Part shown: positions 29,362 through 37,555 of the stretch, piece after piece | Position numbering within the stretch: position 1 is the first letter of the stretch | Layout: every line of letters begins with the position of its first letter | From: Clostridia bacterium | GTDB taxonomy: Bacteria > Bacillota > Clostridia > UMGS1840 | DNA length: 64,000 nucleotides | Direction: 5' to 3' | NCBI GenBank assembly: GCA_017468465.1 | Contig: JAFUIN010000009.1 | Coordinates: 7,113-71,112, forward strand | Translations under genes and position numbers: made by a program | Notes under the pieces: model-generated | Databases searched by the model: none | The model's input: only the letters and a program-made list of their open reading frames with translations | What the model was told of the DNA's origin: nothing

Positions 29362-29398
29362 AAAAAAACGGATTGGAATTGTTCCAATCCGTTTTTTG
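29362..29398. terminator. Bidirectional terminator between groEL and recD2
   Basis: Stem acggattggaa / ttccaatccgt is flanked by an A-run and a T-run. Confidence 0.8.
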
Positions 29399-29402
29399 TT
29401 TT

Positions 29403-31601
29403 CTAAAAAGGCGCTTCCTCTGATTCCGAAAGAAAATCGGCAAGGTTGGTGTATCGCTTTTGCTCGGTATTATTATGAATCATCTGGGTGACACAGCCTT
29501 TTTTACCCACAATGCAAACAAAAGATTTTGCACGGGTTACTGCGGTGTAAAGCAGATTTTGTGTCATCAGCTGAGGATAGCCGTAAAGAAGTGGAATCAC
29601 CACCGCATCAAATTCGCTGCCCTGACTTTTATGTACGGTGACCGCATAGGCAAGCTCTAAATTTTCCAGCTTCAAAAATTCATATTTAACGATTTTCTCG
29701 TCATCAAAGAGAATGGTCATTTCTCTGTTTTCCATATCAATGTCGGTAATGACGCCCATATCTCCGTTGTAGATTCCCTCTCCTTTGTAGCCGTCTTTGG
29801 TTTCCCATTGGATTTCGTAGTCATTTTTGGTTTGCATCACACGGTCAAATTTGGAAAAGGTGTAGCCGTTGGCTGTTTTTTGGGGTTGCCCTTTCCGAAC
29901 GGGATTCAAAGTCTGTTTTAAGGCATTGTTTAAGGCGACAGAGCCCAACACGCTTTTTCGCATAGGCGTAAGCACCTGGATTTTATCCGGGGGAAGATTC
30001 AAAAAGTTTGGCAACCGGTTTTCCACCAGATTGCAGACGGTGGAGACGGCATCTTCTCCGCTTGTGCTTCCCAAGAAGAAAAAGTCGCTTTCTTCTTCGT
30101 TGTATAGAGGTTCTTCAAACCCAAGAATCCGATGGGCGTTTTCTACAATCCGTGAGGTGTTGGACTGACGAAAAATCTGTTGAAAGGCAATCCGTTTCAC
30201 AGCGCCCGAGGAAATCATATCTTTTAAGACGTTTCCGGCTCCTACCGGGGGAAGCTGGTCGCAGTCACCCACCATGATGAGCCTTGTTTTTTCGGTTAAT
30301 GCACGAAGCAAAGATTCAAACAACAGTGCGTCTGTCATGGACATTTCGTCCACAATCAACACATCACATCGTAAGGGATTGTGTTCGTTTCGTTCAAACT
30401 CGGGACGTTCGCCTTTGGTGTATTTTAATTCCAGCAAACGATGAATGGTTTTTGCCTGTTTTCCGGTAAGCTCGGAAATGCGCTTGGCTGCACGACCGGT
30501 AGGAGCGGCTAAAATCACCCGTTTTCCGAGGGCATCAAAGGCAGTCAGCAGACTTTTGATAACAGTTGTTTTTCCGGTTCCGGGGCCGCCGGTAATAATG
30601 AGCAGCTTTTGTTTCAGGGCTTGTAAAACCGCTTCTTTTTGTTCGGGAGCAAGGGCGATGTCGGTTAAATCTTCTATGTCGATTTTTTTGGAAAGATTTT
30701 CACATTTTCCCTGTTTCAGAGCTAAAAGGCGAGAGGCGGTGTAACTTTCTGCCAGATAAAAATGGGGGAGAGAATAGAAATAAGCTTCTTCTTTTTTTAT
30801 GCTGATGAGCTTTCCTTCCATCAAAAGCATGGTGAGGGCGTTTTCCAGATCTGTTTTCCCGATTTCCAGGATTTTTTGAGATTCCTGCAAGAGTTCTTCT
30901 TTTGGGAAACAGGTATGCCCGTTAAAGGATGCCTGATACATCGTATAAATGATTCCTGATTTCAGCCGTTCGGAAGAATTTTTTGGGATGCCCATTTCTT
31001 CTGCAATTTTGTCTACGGTTAGGAAGCCGATTTTTTCCACCTTTTCACAGATGATATAGGGATTCGCATTGCAAAGCTGAATGGCACCGCTTCCTAAAGT
31101 ATTATACACTTTGACCGCAACAGAGGGAGAAATGCCGAATTTGATGAAGTATGACACCACATTCTGCACTTCTATTTTTTTCATGTAATCTTTATGAATA
31201 TCCATTGCTTTGGTGAAAGAAATGCCCGAAATTTCAGACAGACGCTCGGGATATTTTTCGATTACAATTAACGTGTCTTCTAAAAACGCATCCACAATTT
31301 TTTTTGCGGTAGCATTTCCTACTCCACGAATAAACCCGCTGGACAGAAATTTATAAATTGAGGTCGTATCATTTTCAAAATGGGGCTCGTAATATTCACA
31401 TTGAAACTGTTCGCCAAATTTGGGATGCTCCACAAATCTGCCGTAGGCACAGATGCTTTCTCCCTCTGCAATCATGGGCAGATTGCCTGCCACATTGACA
31501 TATTCTCCGGAGATGTCCAGCGCCACAACACCGTAGCCGTTTTCGTCATTATAATAGATGATTTCTTCCACTATGCCGATGAGGCGTTCTGGTGTGTCCA
31601 T
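29403..31601 (-). CDS. recD2: RecD2-type SF1B DNA helicase (RecD-like/YrrC)
   Basis: Start MDTPERL follows AAAGGAG. Walker A GGPGTGKTT, Walker B LIVDEMSM, and the C-terminal motif AYAVTVHKSQGSEF are present. Confidence 0.9.
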   Translation of the reverse strand: MDTPERLIGIVEEIIYYNDENGYGVVALDISGEYVNVAGNLPMIAEGESICAYGRFVEHPKFGEQFQCEYYEPHFENDTTSIYKFLSSGFIRGVGNATAKKIVDAFLEDTLIVIEKYPERLSEISGISFTKAMDIHKDYMKKIEVQNVVSYFIKFGISPSVAVKVYNTLGSGAIQLCNANPYIICEKVEKIGFLTVDKIAEEMGIPKNSSERLKSGIIYTMYQASFNGHTCFPKEELLQESQKILEIGKTDLENALTMLLMEGKLISIKKEEAYFYSLPHFYLAESYTASRLLALKQGKCENLSKKIDIEDLTDIALAPEQKEAVLQALKQKLLIITGGPGTGKTTVIKSLLTAFDALGKRVILAAPTGRAAKRISELTGKQAKTIHRLLELKYTKGERPEFERNEHNPLRCDVLIVDEMSMTDALLFESLLRALTEKTRLIMVGDCDQLPPVGAGNVLKDMISSGAVKRIAFQQIFRQSNTSRIVENAHRILGFEEPLYNEEESDFFFLGSTSGEDAVSTVCNLVENRLPNFLNLPPDKIQVLTPMRKSVLGSVALNNALKQTLNPVRKGQPQKTANGYTFSKFDRVMQTKNDYEIQWETKDGYKGEGIYNGDMGVITDIDMENREMTILFDDEKIVKYEFLKLENLELAYAVTVHKSQGSEFDAVVIPLLYGYPQLMTQNLLYTAVTRAKSFVCIVGKKGCVTQMIHNNTEQKRYTNLADFLSESEEAPF

Positions 31602-31721
31602 AAGGCAGCTCCTTTCATTACAGTTTCTTCCTCTATTATACACCGAATTTTCAATTTGTCAATCATTTATGCGAATGTTTGTTCGTATTTTCGAGAGACA
31701 GGTTGTGAAGGTTGGAAAAAT

Positions 31722-31760
31722 CCTACCTTATGAGGTAGGGAACGACCTGTGTGTCGTTCC
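31722..31760. repeat. Pair of short GC-rich hairpins (REP-like)
   Basis: The two hairpins are cctacct-tatg-aggtagg and ggaacgac-ctgtgt-gtcgttcc. Whether the motif recurs genome-wide cannot be judged from this window. Confidence 0.45.
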
Positions 31761-31853
31761 GATTGAACAACGGCACAAAAAAAGCAAACACCAACCATGG
31801 CATCTGCTTTTTTTTGGCGAAAGAGTAGTATAACGGTGCGTAAATGGGCATAA

Positions 31854-32222
31854 TCAAATTCTCATAAAATACGGGCCGCACATACTTTCGTGTGTTTTTA
31901 TGTAAGTCCATGAGAAATCCGGCGCAACAACATATATTTCTGTTGTTTTTTCAAGGGCGATTGAGGTGTTGAATTTTGCGGTAAGTTCCTTAGTTTCATC
32001 TTCTTCAAACCACTCAATATATAGGGCATTACGTTTATCAATTTTGTCATATGCCTTTCTGGCACTGTTACCTGTCAAGAATGTTTTTTCATCGAGCAGT
32101 TTCCAAGAGAACACATGCCACAAAAAGTTCCCTGTGGAAACAACATACTTTTCAATATTTTCTCTTGAAACATCTTTTGCAAAATGGCTTAACCATACAG
32201 AATAAAATTCATTTTTTGTCAT
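31854..32222 (-). CDS. DUF4275-like small cytoplasmic protein
   Basis: Start MTKNEFYSVW. The pattern NFLWHVFSWKLLD...NSARKAYDKIDK is recalled as DUF4275-like. It overlaps the upstream gene's stop by 14 nt. Confidence 0.6.
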   Translation of the reverse strand: MTKNEFYSVWLSHFAKDVSRENIEKYVVSTGNFLWHVFSWKLLDEKTFLTGNSARKAYDKIDKRNALYIEWFEEDETKELTAKFNTSIALEKTTEIYVVAPDFSWTYIKTHESMCGPYFMRI

Positions 32223-32571
32223 TAGAATTCTCCTTTGCGGTTCTGCAGGAAGCAATCAGTAGCCTGCGTATGTTGCCACAAAGATTCTTTGTGTATTGGT
32301 ATGTAGCAGCATCAATTCTTTTGGTTTCATACATAAGTTTCAACCAATAGCTTGTTTCGTTGGATTCTTTCAAAGCAATTTCAAGCTTTGCAATAAAATC
32401 TTTCTTGCTTTGCGCATATTGCGCTTCGTGAATATTGGCACCAACCGAGGTACCCGCTCTTGCAAGCTGATCGGTCATATAAGAACTTTTCGATGCAGTT
32501 ACGCCGTCAACAAGATTTACAACTGCAACCGCAAATTCAAAAGATAAGTCAATCAATTTGTTTTCGGACAT
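32209..32571 (-). CDS. Four-helix-bundle protein (23S rRNA intervening-sequence protein / Avd-like family)
   Basis: 120 aa with the family hallmarks LARAGTSVGANIHEAQYAQSKKDFIAKLEIALKESNETSYWLKL. Confidence 0.8.
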   Translation of the reverse strand: MSENKLIDLSFEFAVAVVNLVDGVTASKSSYMTDQLARAGTSVGANIHEAQYAQSKKDFIAKLEIALKESNETSYWLKLMYETKRIDAATYQYTKNLCGNIRRLLIASCRTAKENSNDKK

Positions 32572-32593
32572 TAAAGCACCTTCTTTCGTCGTT

Positions 32594-32789
32594 ATGATAT
32601 CAAAAATTGAACGTATTTTTCAATGATGTATCGTTGTTGCGATATGATATACGGCGTTACCGTATGATATATTTGCGTTGCAAATATGATATAATATCCG
32701 TTTCCTTCATACGCGAAGCGTATATCATCCGTGCATCAGATATCATAGCGTCAGCTATATCATCCGTAACCGCAGGGAACGGATATCAT
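32594..32789. repeat. Inverted array of the heptamer ATGATAT (4 forward, 4 reverse)
   Basis: ATGATAT occurs at 32594, 32644, 32664 and 32686. ATATCAT occurs at 32722, 32740, 32757 and 32783. Confidence 0.85.
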
Positions 32790-32792
32790 TGT

Positions 32793-32832
32793 AAAAAGCC
32801 TCTTTTGACTACCAGACAAAAGAGGCTTTTTT
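32793..32832. terminator. Terminator downstream of tRNA-Arg (bidirectional hairpin)
   Basis: Stem aaaagcctctttt / aaaagaggctttt (13 bp) is flanked by A and T runs. It lies 4 nt after the tRNA 3' end. Confidence 0.8.
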
Positions 32833-32835
32833 ACA

Positions 32836-32912
32836 TGGCGCGCCTTGAGGGACTCGAACCCCCGACATTTCGGTTCGTAGCCGAACCCTCTATCCAGCTG
32901 AGGTAAAGGCGC
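32836..32912 (-). tRNA. tRNA-Arg (anticodon ACG)
   Basis: The reverse complement folds as a cloverleaf. Acceptor GCGCCTT/AAGGCGC, anticodon loop CTACGAA, T-loop TTCGAGT, encoded CCA; 77 nt. Confidence 0.95.
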
Positions 32913-32941
32913 ATGCAAAGGTTTTAATTTGCAACATTGGT

Positions 32942-32970
32942 ATTATATCAAAAGAAAGTTGATTTGTCAA
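32942..32970 (-). promoter_or_regulatory. Consensus sigma-A promoter of tRNA-Arg
   Basis: On the minus strand: TTGACA (32970-32965), 17-nt spacer, TATAAT (32947-32942), about 30 nt upstream of the tRNA 5' end. Confidence 0.8.
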
Positions 32971-32989
32971 TGTTTTTTTGTGATTTCTC

Positions 32990-33018
32990 TTGAAATTTTT
33001 TTTGGTATATGATAAAAT
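32990..33018 (+). promoter_or_regulatory. Candidate sigma-A promoter of the ABC operon
   Basis: TTGAAA (32990-32995), 17-nt spacer, TAAAAT (33013-33018). Confidence 0.4.
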
Positions 33019-33107
33019 ATCAAGGAAAGATTTTTTCTTCATAAAACTGACACAACAAGGTGTTATATTAGTTTGATGAACAAAATTTATTTGAAGGAGA
33101 ATATGCG

Positions 33108-34217
33108 ATGATAGAAATATCCAATCTTACAAAAAAGTATAATACCGGCATTGCGGTAGACGATATTTCTTTTTCCGTGGACAAGGGCGAAATCGTTGGT
33201 CTGTTAGGGCCTAACGGTGCCGGAAAAAGTACCACAATGAACATTTTAACCGGTTATCTTTCCTACACGGAGGGCAGCGTGAAAATCGACGGTCTGGAAG
33301 TGGTGGAACACCCCAAGGCAGTCAAACAAAAAATCGGTTACCTGCCGGAACAGCCACCGCTTTACCCCAATATGTCCGTGTATGATTACTTAAAATTTGT
33401 ATACGAGCTGAAAAAAGCAAAGGGCAACAAAAAAGAAGAGCTGGAAGCCTTAATGGAAAAGGTCAACATTTCTGATATGAAGGGGCGGCTCATTAAGAAT
33501 TTATCCAAAGGATATAAGCAAAGAGTCGGTCTGGCGGCAGCCATGATCGGTGACCCCGAAATTTTGATTTTAGACGAACCTACCGTTGGGCTGGATCCGG
33601 TGCAGATTATTGAAATCCGCAATTTGATTAAAGAGCTGGGTCAGGATAAAACCGTTATCTTAAACTCTCACATTTTGCCGGAAGTCAGCGCAATCTGCGA
33701 CAGAATTATCATCATTAACAAAGGCAAAATCATTGCTTCTGATACGCCGCAGAATCTGACGAAAATGGCAGGCAGCGATCAGCGGATTCATATTGTTGTG
33801 AACGGTAATCTTGACGATGTGAAAGATCTGCTCAATCATATGGATGAAGTGGTGAATTTTGAAGTGCTTACCACCGATGACGAGGAGCTGCTGCACGAAA
33901 TTCTGGTAACCGTAAGCGGAGAAGAGGTTTCTGCTGTGATGTTCCAGAAATTTGGTGAAAAAGGGCTTGTGATTCGTTCCCTCGCTCCTCACGAGGTCAG
34001 CCTGGAGGAAGTATTTGTGAAGCTTGTTTCCGAAGAAGAACAGCCGGTTGAAGAAGAAATTCAACCGGAGGAAGAAATCTTTACAGCTGTGCCTGAAGAA
34101 GAAATTCCTTTCACAGCTGAAGAAATAGCAGAAGAGGCAACAGAAACTGAGGCTGAAGTGTTAACCGATGAAGCTTTGGAAGAAATGGCTTCCGGCGAAG
34201 AAAACGGGGAGGTGTAG
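33108..34217 (+). CDS. ABC transporter ATP-binding protein (GldA/ABC-2 type) with an acidic C-terminal tail
   Basis: Walker A GPNGAGKST, signature LSKGYKQR and Walker B ILILDEP. The last ~75 aa are Glu-rich (EEEQPVEEEIQPEEE...). Confidence 0.9.
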   Translation: MIEISNLTKKYNTGIAVDDISFSVDKGEIVGLLGPNGAGKSTTMNILTGYLSYTEGSVKIDGLEVVEHPKAVKQKIGYLPEQPPLYPNMSVYDYLKFVYELKKAKGNKKEELEALMEKVNISDMKGRLIKNLSKGYKQRVGLAAAMIGDPEILILDEPTVGLDPVQIIEIRNLIKELGQDKTVILNSHILPEVSAICDRIIIINKGKIIASDTPQNLTKMAGSDQRIHIVVNGNLDDVKDLLNHMDEVVNFEVLTTDDEELLHEILVTVSGEEVSAVMFQKFGEKGLVIRSLAPHEVSLEEVFVKLVSEEEQPVEEEIQPEEEIFTAVPEEEIPFTAEEIAEEATETEAEVLTDEALEEMASGEENGEV

Positions 34218-34223
34218 TGTCAG

Positions 34224-34949
34224 ATGAAAGCAATTTTCAAACGGGAATTCAAATCTTATTTTACTTCTGCAGGAGGTTATCTCTTTTTAGGGATTTTTCT
34301 TTTGGCAATGGGCGTATCTTTTGTGAAAAATATCTCTGATTCTTTGAAATACTTTCAGTACCCCACTACGGCAATGAACACATTGTTCCGCAGTATGCCG
34401 CTGTTGTTATCGGTGATGGTTCCGCTTGTTACCATGGGCAGCTTCGCTGATGAAAAGAAACATAAAACCGATCAACTGCTTCTGACTTCTCCCAACAGCG
34501 TGACTTCTATTGTGTTAGGGAAGTTTTTCGGTTCATTCTCTTTTGTTACGGTATGCTTATTGACCACTTTGTTATATGTAGCAGTGTTTTGTATCTACGG
34601 CACACCGAATCTGATGCTGACTGTGCTGGCGTATGTTGCGGTTATCTTGATGGCTGCTCTTTTCACTTCCATTGGCATTTTCTTTTCCAGCTTAACAGAA
34701 AGCTCTCTGGTTGCTGCTATCATCGGCATCGTAAGCTTTGCTGTTTTGTACTTTTTCGGCGGCTTTGCAAGCCTTACTGTTGTGCCGGAAGGCATTCGCA
34801 GTATCATTGGTGTGCTGGACATCAACCAATATTATAACATGTTTTACAGAGAGCTGTTAAGTCCGCAGCCTTTTGTGTATTTCATTTCTCTTACTGTGCT
34901 GTTTTTGTTCTTAACTGTAAGAGTGATTGAAGCAAGAAGATGGAAGTAA
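34224..34949 (+). CDS. ABC-2 type transporter permease (GldF-like)
   Basis: N-terminus MKAIFKREFKSYFTS is typical of GldF-like ABC-2 permeases; 6 TM helices. Confidence 0.8.
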   Translation: MKAIFKREFKSYFTSAGGYLFLGIFLLAMGVSFVKNISDSLKYFQYPTTAMNTLFRSMPLLLSVMVPLVTMGSFADEKKHKTDQLLLTSPNSVTSIVLGKFFGSFSFVTVCLLTTLLYVAVFCIYGTPNLMLTVLAYVAVILMAALFTSIGIFFSSLTESSLVAAIIGIVSFAVLYFFGGFASLTVVPEGIRSIIGVLDINQYYNMFYRELLSPQPFVYFISLTVLFLFLTVRVIEARRWK

Positions 34950-34964
34950 GGGAGGATACGTAAA

Positions 34965-35711
34965 ATGAACAAGAAAAAAACATTATTATATGGCTCCCGT
35001 GCTGCCGCGTTGACCATTGTTGTAGTTTTGGTTGTTTTGTTACTCAATGCGTTAACCGGTTATTTTGTAGAACAGTTTCCCCAGGCAAAGCTGGACATTA
35101 CCCCGGAGAGACGCTATAGCTTATCTAACGAAGCAAAGGACTATCTGAAAAGTGTTTCCACGCCGATTAAAATGATTGCATTGGGCGGTCAGAATTATGA
35201 CAACGTCATGGTGGAAATGCAGTATGTTCGCGACACTGCTGCCCGTATGGCAAAGCAAAACGAGATGATTACTTATGAAGTGTTTGAGCTTTATAAGGAC
35301 CAGGAATCTATGGAAAACTTTTTGGCAACCTATGTAGAAACATCGGAAGAAGTTGTGAATGTTTTCTCGGTGATTTTAGAAAATCCCGAAAACGGAGAGT
35401 TTCGTGTGGCAACACCGGAAGTTATGGAAAACGCTTTCGAGTTGAATGTTTCTTATGTTGATTTTGAAAGCAAGGTTTGTAACGCCATCAATTCGCTGTT
35501 AAACGGTGCAGATGCAGAGACAGTTACGATCCCTGATAAACCGGAGTATCGCCCCGAGCTTCTTTTGGGAACCAACCCTGAAACCCGTCAGTTTGATGAA
35601 GCACTTTTGGGAAAACAGATGCTCACCTTTACTTTGATATTTGTGATAGCATTCCCGCTTTGTGCATTTATCTTGAGCATTCTTGTGTTTGCGTTAAGAA
35701 GAAAGAAATAA
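34965..35711 (+). CDS. Short GldG-like auxiliary membrane protein of the ABC system
   Basis: N- and C-terminal TM anchors and a GldG-like opening (LDITPERRYSLSNEAKDYLKSVSTPIKM). At 248 aa it is shorter than typical GldG. Confidence 0.55.
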   Translation: MNKKKTLLYGSRAAALTIVVVLVVLLLNALTGYFVEQFPQAKLDITPERRYSLSNEAKDYLKSVSTPIKMIALGGQNYDNVMVEMQYVRDTAARMAKQNEMITYEVFELYKDQESMENFLATYVETSEEVVNVFSVILENPENGEFRVATPEVMENAFELNVSYVDFESKVCNAINSLLNGADAETVTIPDKPEYRPELLLGTNPETRQFDEALLGKQMLTFTLIFVIAFPLCAFILSILVFALRRKK

Positions 35712-35718
35712 AAGAAAT

Positions 35719-35747
35719 GGGAGTATAGACCGCTGTTCTATACTCCC
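35719..35747 (+). terminator. Hairpin after the ABC operon
   Basis: Stem gggagtatag / ctatactccc, with a weak T-tail. Confidence 0.5.
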
Positions 35748-35773
35748 GTTTACGTATTTTTACGAGGTAGATT

Positions 35774-36247
35774 ATGAGCTTACAGCCGGATTTTTTCTTT
35801 TCTTCGGTAGAAGATATCACGCTGGATTTTTTGAACAGTCATCATATCCGTTTTTTGATTCTGGATGCCGATGCCACATTGATTCAATCGCACGACAATA
35901 AAATTTTGCCGGAAAGGATTGCTTTGGTGGAAGCGTTTCGCTCGGCGGGCATTCGTGTAATTGTTGGGTCCAACGGCAAAACCACCCGCATTGAAACTGC
36001 TTTTGGAAAGCATCGGATAGAGGCTTACGGATACTCCCTGAAGCCACTTCCTTTCCGCCTTTTGAAGCATTTGAAGGGATATCGGAAAAAAGAGGTTTTG
36101 CTGGTGGGTGACCAGTTTTTTACAGATATTTTGTGCGCCAAGCTTTTGGGGGTTCGATCTGCTATGGTGGAACCTTATGGCACCGATGAGGGCTTTTTGA
36201 TAGGATTTCGAAGAGCCTTGGAAAAAATCATTGTAAAAAGGAAGTAA
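35774..36247 (+). CDS. yqeG: YqeG family HAD-IIIA phosphatase
   Basis: HAD motifs LDADATL, GSNG and GDQFFTDI; 157 aa. Confidence 0.8.
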   Translation: MSLQPDFFFSSVEDITLDFLNSHHIRFLILDADATLIQSHDNKILPERIALVEAFRSAGIRVIVGSNGKTTRIETAFGKHRIEAYGYSLKPLPFRLLKHLKGYRKKEVLLVGDQFFTDILCAKLLGVRSAMVEPYGTDEGFLIGFRRALEKIIVKRK

Positions 36248-36251
36248 GTGT

Positions 36252-37109
36252 ATGAAGATTGTGTTTGGTCCCGGCGGAAACAGCGAACAGTATTATAACG
36301 ATGGGCATAAATCCTCTCTGGAACGCCCAAAATATTTGTTTGATATGGGCTTAAACGGCTATGAATATCAGTGCAATAAGGGTGTTCATATTTCTATGGA
36401 CAGCGCCCGCATTTTAGGAGAAGAAGCAAAAAAATATGGCGTGCATCTGTCCATTCACAGTCAATATTATGTAAGTCTTTCTTCTACGGAAGAAGAAAAG
36501 CGGCAAAAAAGTGTGGAGTATCTGATGGCGTGTTTTCGGGTAGCGAAGGAAATGGGCGCAGACCGCATTGTGGTTCATTCCGGTTCCTGCGCAAAAATGA
36601 CCAGAGCAAAGGCGTATGAGCTGTCTTGTGACACCCTCCACAAAACGCTGCAGCGTGCCAAAGAAGAAGGGTATGACGATATTTTTCTTTGTCCGGAGGT
36701 TATGGGAAAAATCAATCAACTGGGAGATTTTGACGAAGTCATCAAGCTTTGCACCACCCATGAGATGTTGCTTCCTGCCATTGATTTCGGGCACTTGAAT
36801 GCTCGAACACTGGGAGGGTTGAAAACCAAAGAAGATTACCTTCTTTTACTCAACAAAATGGAAAAAAAGCTTGGGCGGGATAAGGCGAAAAATTTCCACT
36901 CCCATTTTTCTAAAATTGAGTATACCAATCAGGGCGAAAAACGGCACCTGACCTTTGAAGATACCACCTTTGGTCCCGACTTTGAACCTTTTTTGGATGC
37001 AGTTTACAAGAAAGGGTTTACACCGATGATTATTTGCGAATCAGCGGGGACACAGGACATAGATGCACTGCAAATGTTACACTATTTTGAACAATTACAG
37101 AAAGGATGA
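36252..37109 (+). CDS. Xylose isomerase-like TIM-barrel protein (endonuclease IV-like family)
   Basis: 285 aa with the AP-endonuclease-2 / TIM-barrel pattern (HLSIHSQYYVSL...ADRIVVHSG...DFGHLNAR). Confidence 0.65.
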   Translation: MKIVFGPGGNSEQYYNDGHKSSLERPKYLFDMGLNGYEYQCNKGVHISMDSARILGEEAKKYGVHLSIHSQYYVSLSSTEEEKRQKSVEYLMACFRVAKEMGADRIVVHSGSCAKMTRAKAYELSCDTLHKTLQRAKEEGYDDIFLCPEVMGKINQLGDFDEVIKLCTTHEMLLPAIDFGHLNARTLGGLKTKEDYLLLLNKMEKKLGRDKAKNFHSHFSKIEYTNQGEKRHLTFEDTTFGPDFEPFLDAVYKKGFTPMIICESAGTQDIDALQMLHYFEQLQKG

Positions 37110-37116
37110 AATCCTT

Positions 37117-37554
37117 ATGAAAATTTTATTTATGAATGGTCCCAACTTAAATATGTTGGGTATTCGAGAAAAGCATATCTACGGCGACTTATCGCTGGAG
37201 ACAATCAATCAGATGATTCAGAAAGAGTGCGAAAAGCTGGGTGTGGAAGCTGAATTTTATCAGTCCAACATCGAAGGGGAACTGGTGGATAAAATCCACA
37301 GCACTTATGGGAAAGACTATACCGGCATTGTGTTCAATCCGGGAGCCTATTCGCACTACAGTTTAGCACTTTCTGATGCCATCAAATGTATCAGCATTCC
37401 TGTGGTAGAGGTGCATATGTCCAATGTGTTTGCCAGAGAAGAAAGCCGTCAGAATATGGTCACTGCAAAAAATTCCTTGGGGGTTATTTCCGGCTTTGGT
37501 GAGCAGTCCTATCTGTTAGGGCTGTATGCACTTGTGGCAAGAAAGGCAAAATAA
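37117..37554 (+). CDS. aroQ: Type II 3-dehydroquinate dehydratase
   Basis: Begins MKILFMNGPNLNMLGIREKHIYG and contains NPGAYSHYS; 145 aa. Confidence 0.92.
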   Translation: MKILFMNGPNLNMLGIREKHIYGDLSLETINQMIQKECEKLGVEAEFYQSNIEGELVDKIHSTYGKDYTGIVFNPGAYSHYSLALSDAIKCISIPVVEVHMSNVFAREESRQNMVTAKNSLGVISGFGEQSYLLGLYALVARKAK

Positions 37555-37555
37555 T

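Noticed and set aside
32607-32906. 99-aa plus-strand ORF
   Set aside because: It runs through the ATGATAT heptamer array and a terminator, and antisense across tRNA-Arg. It is not coding.
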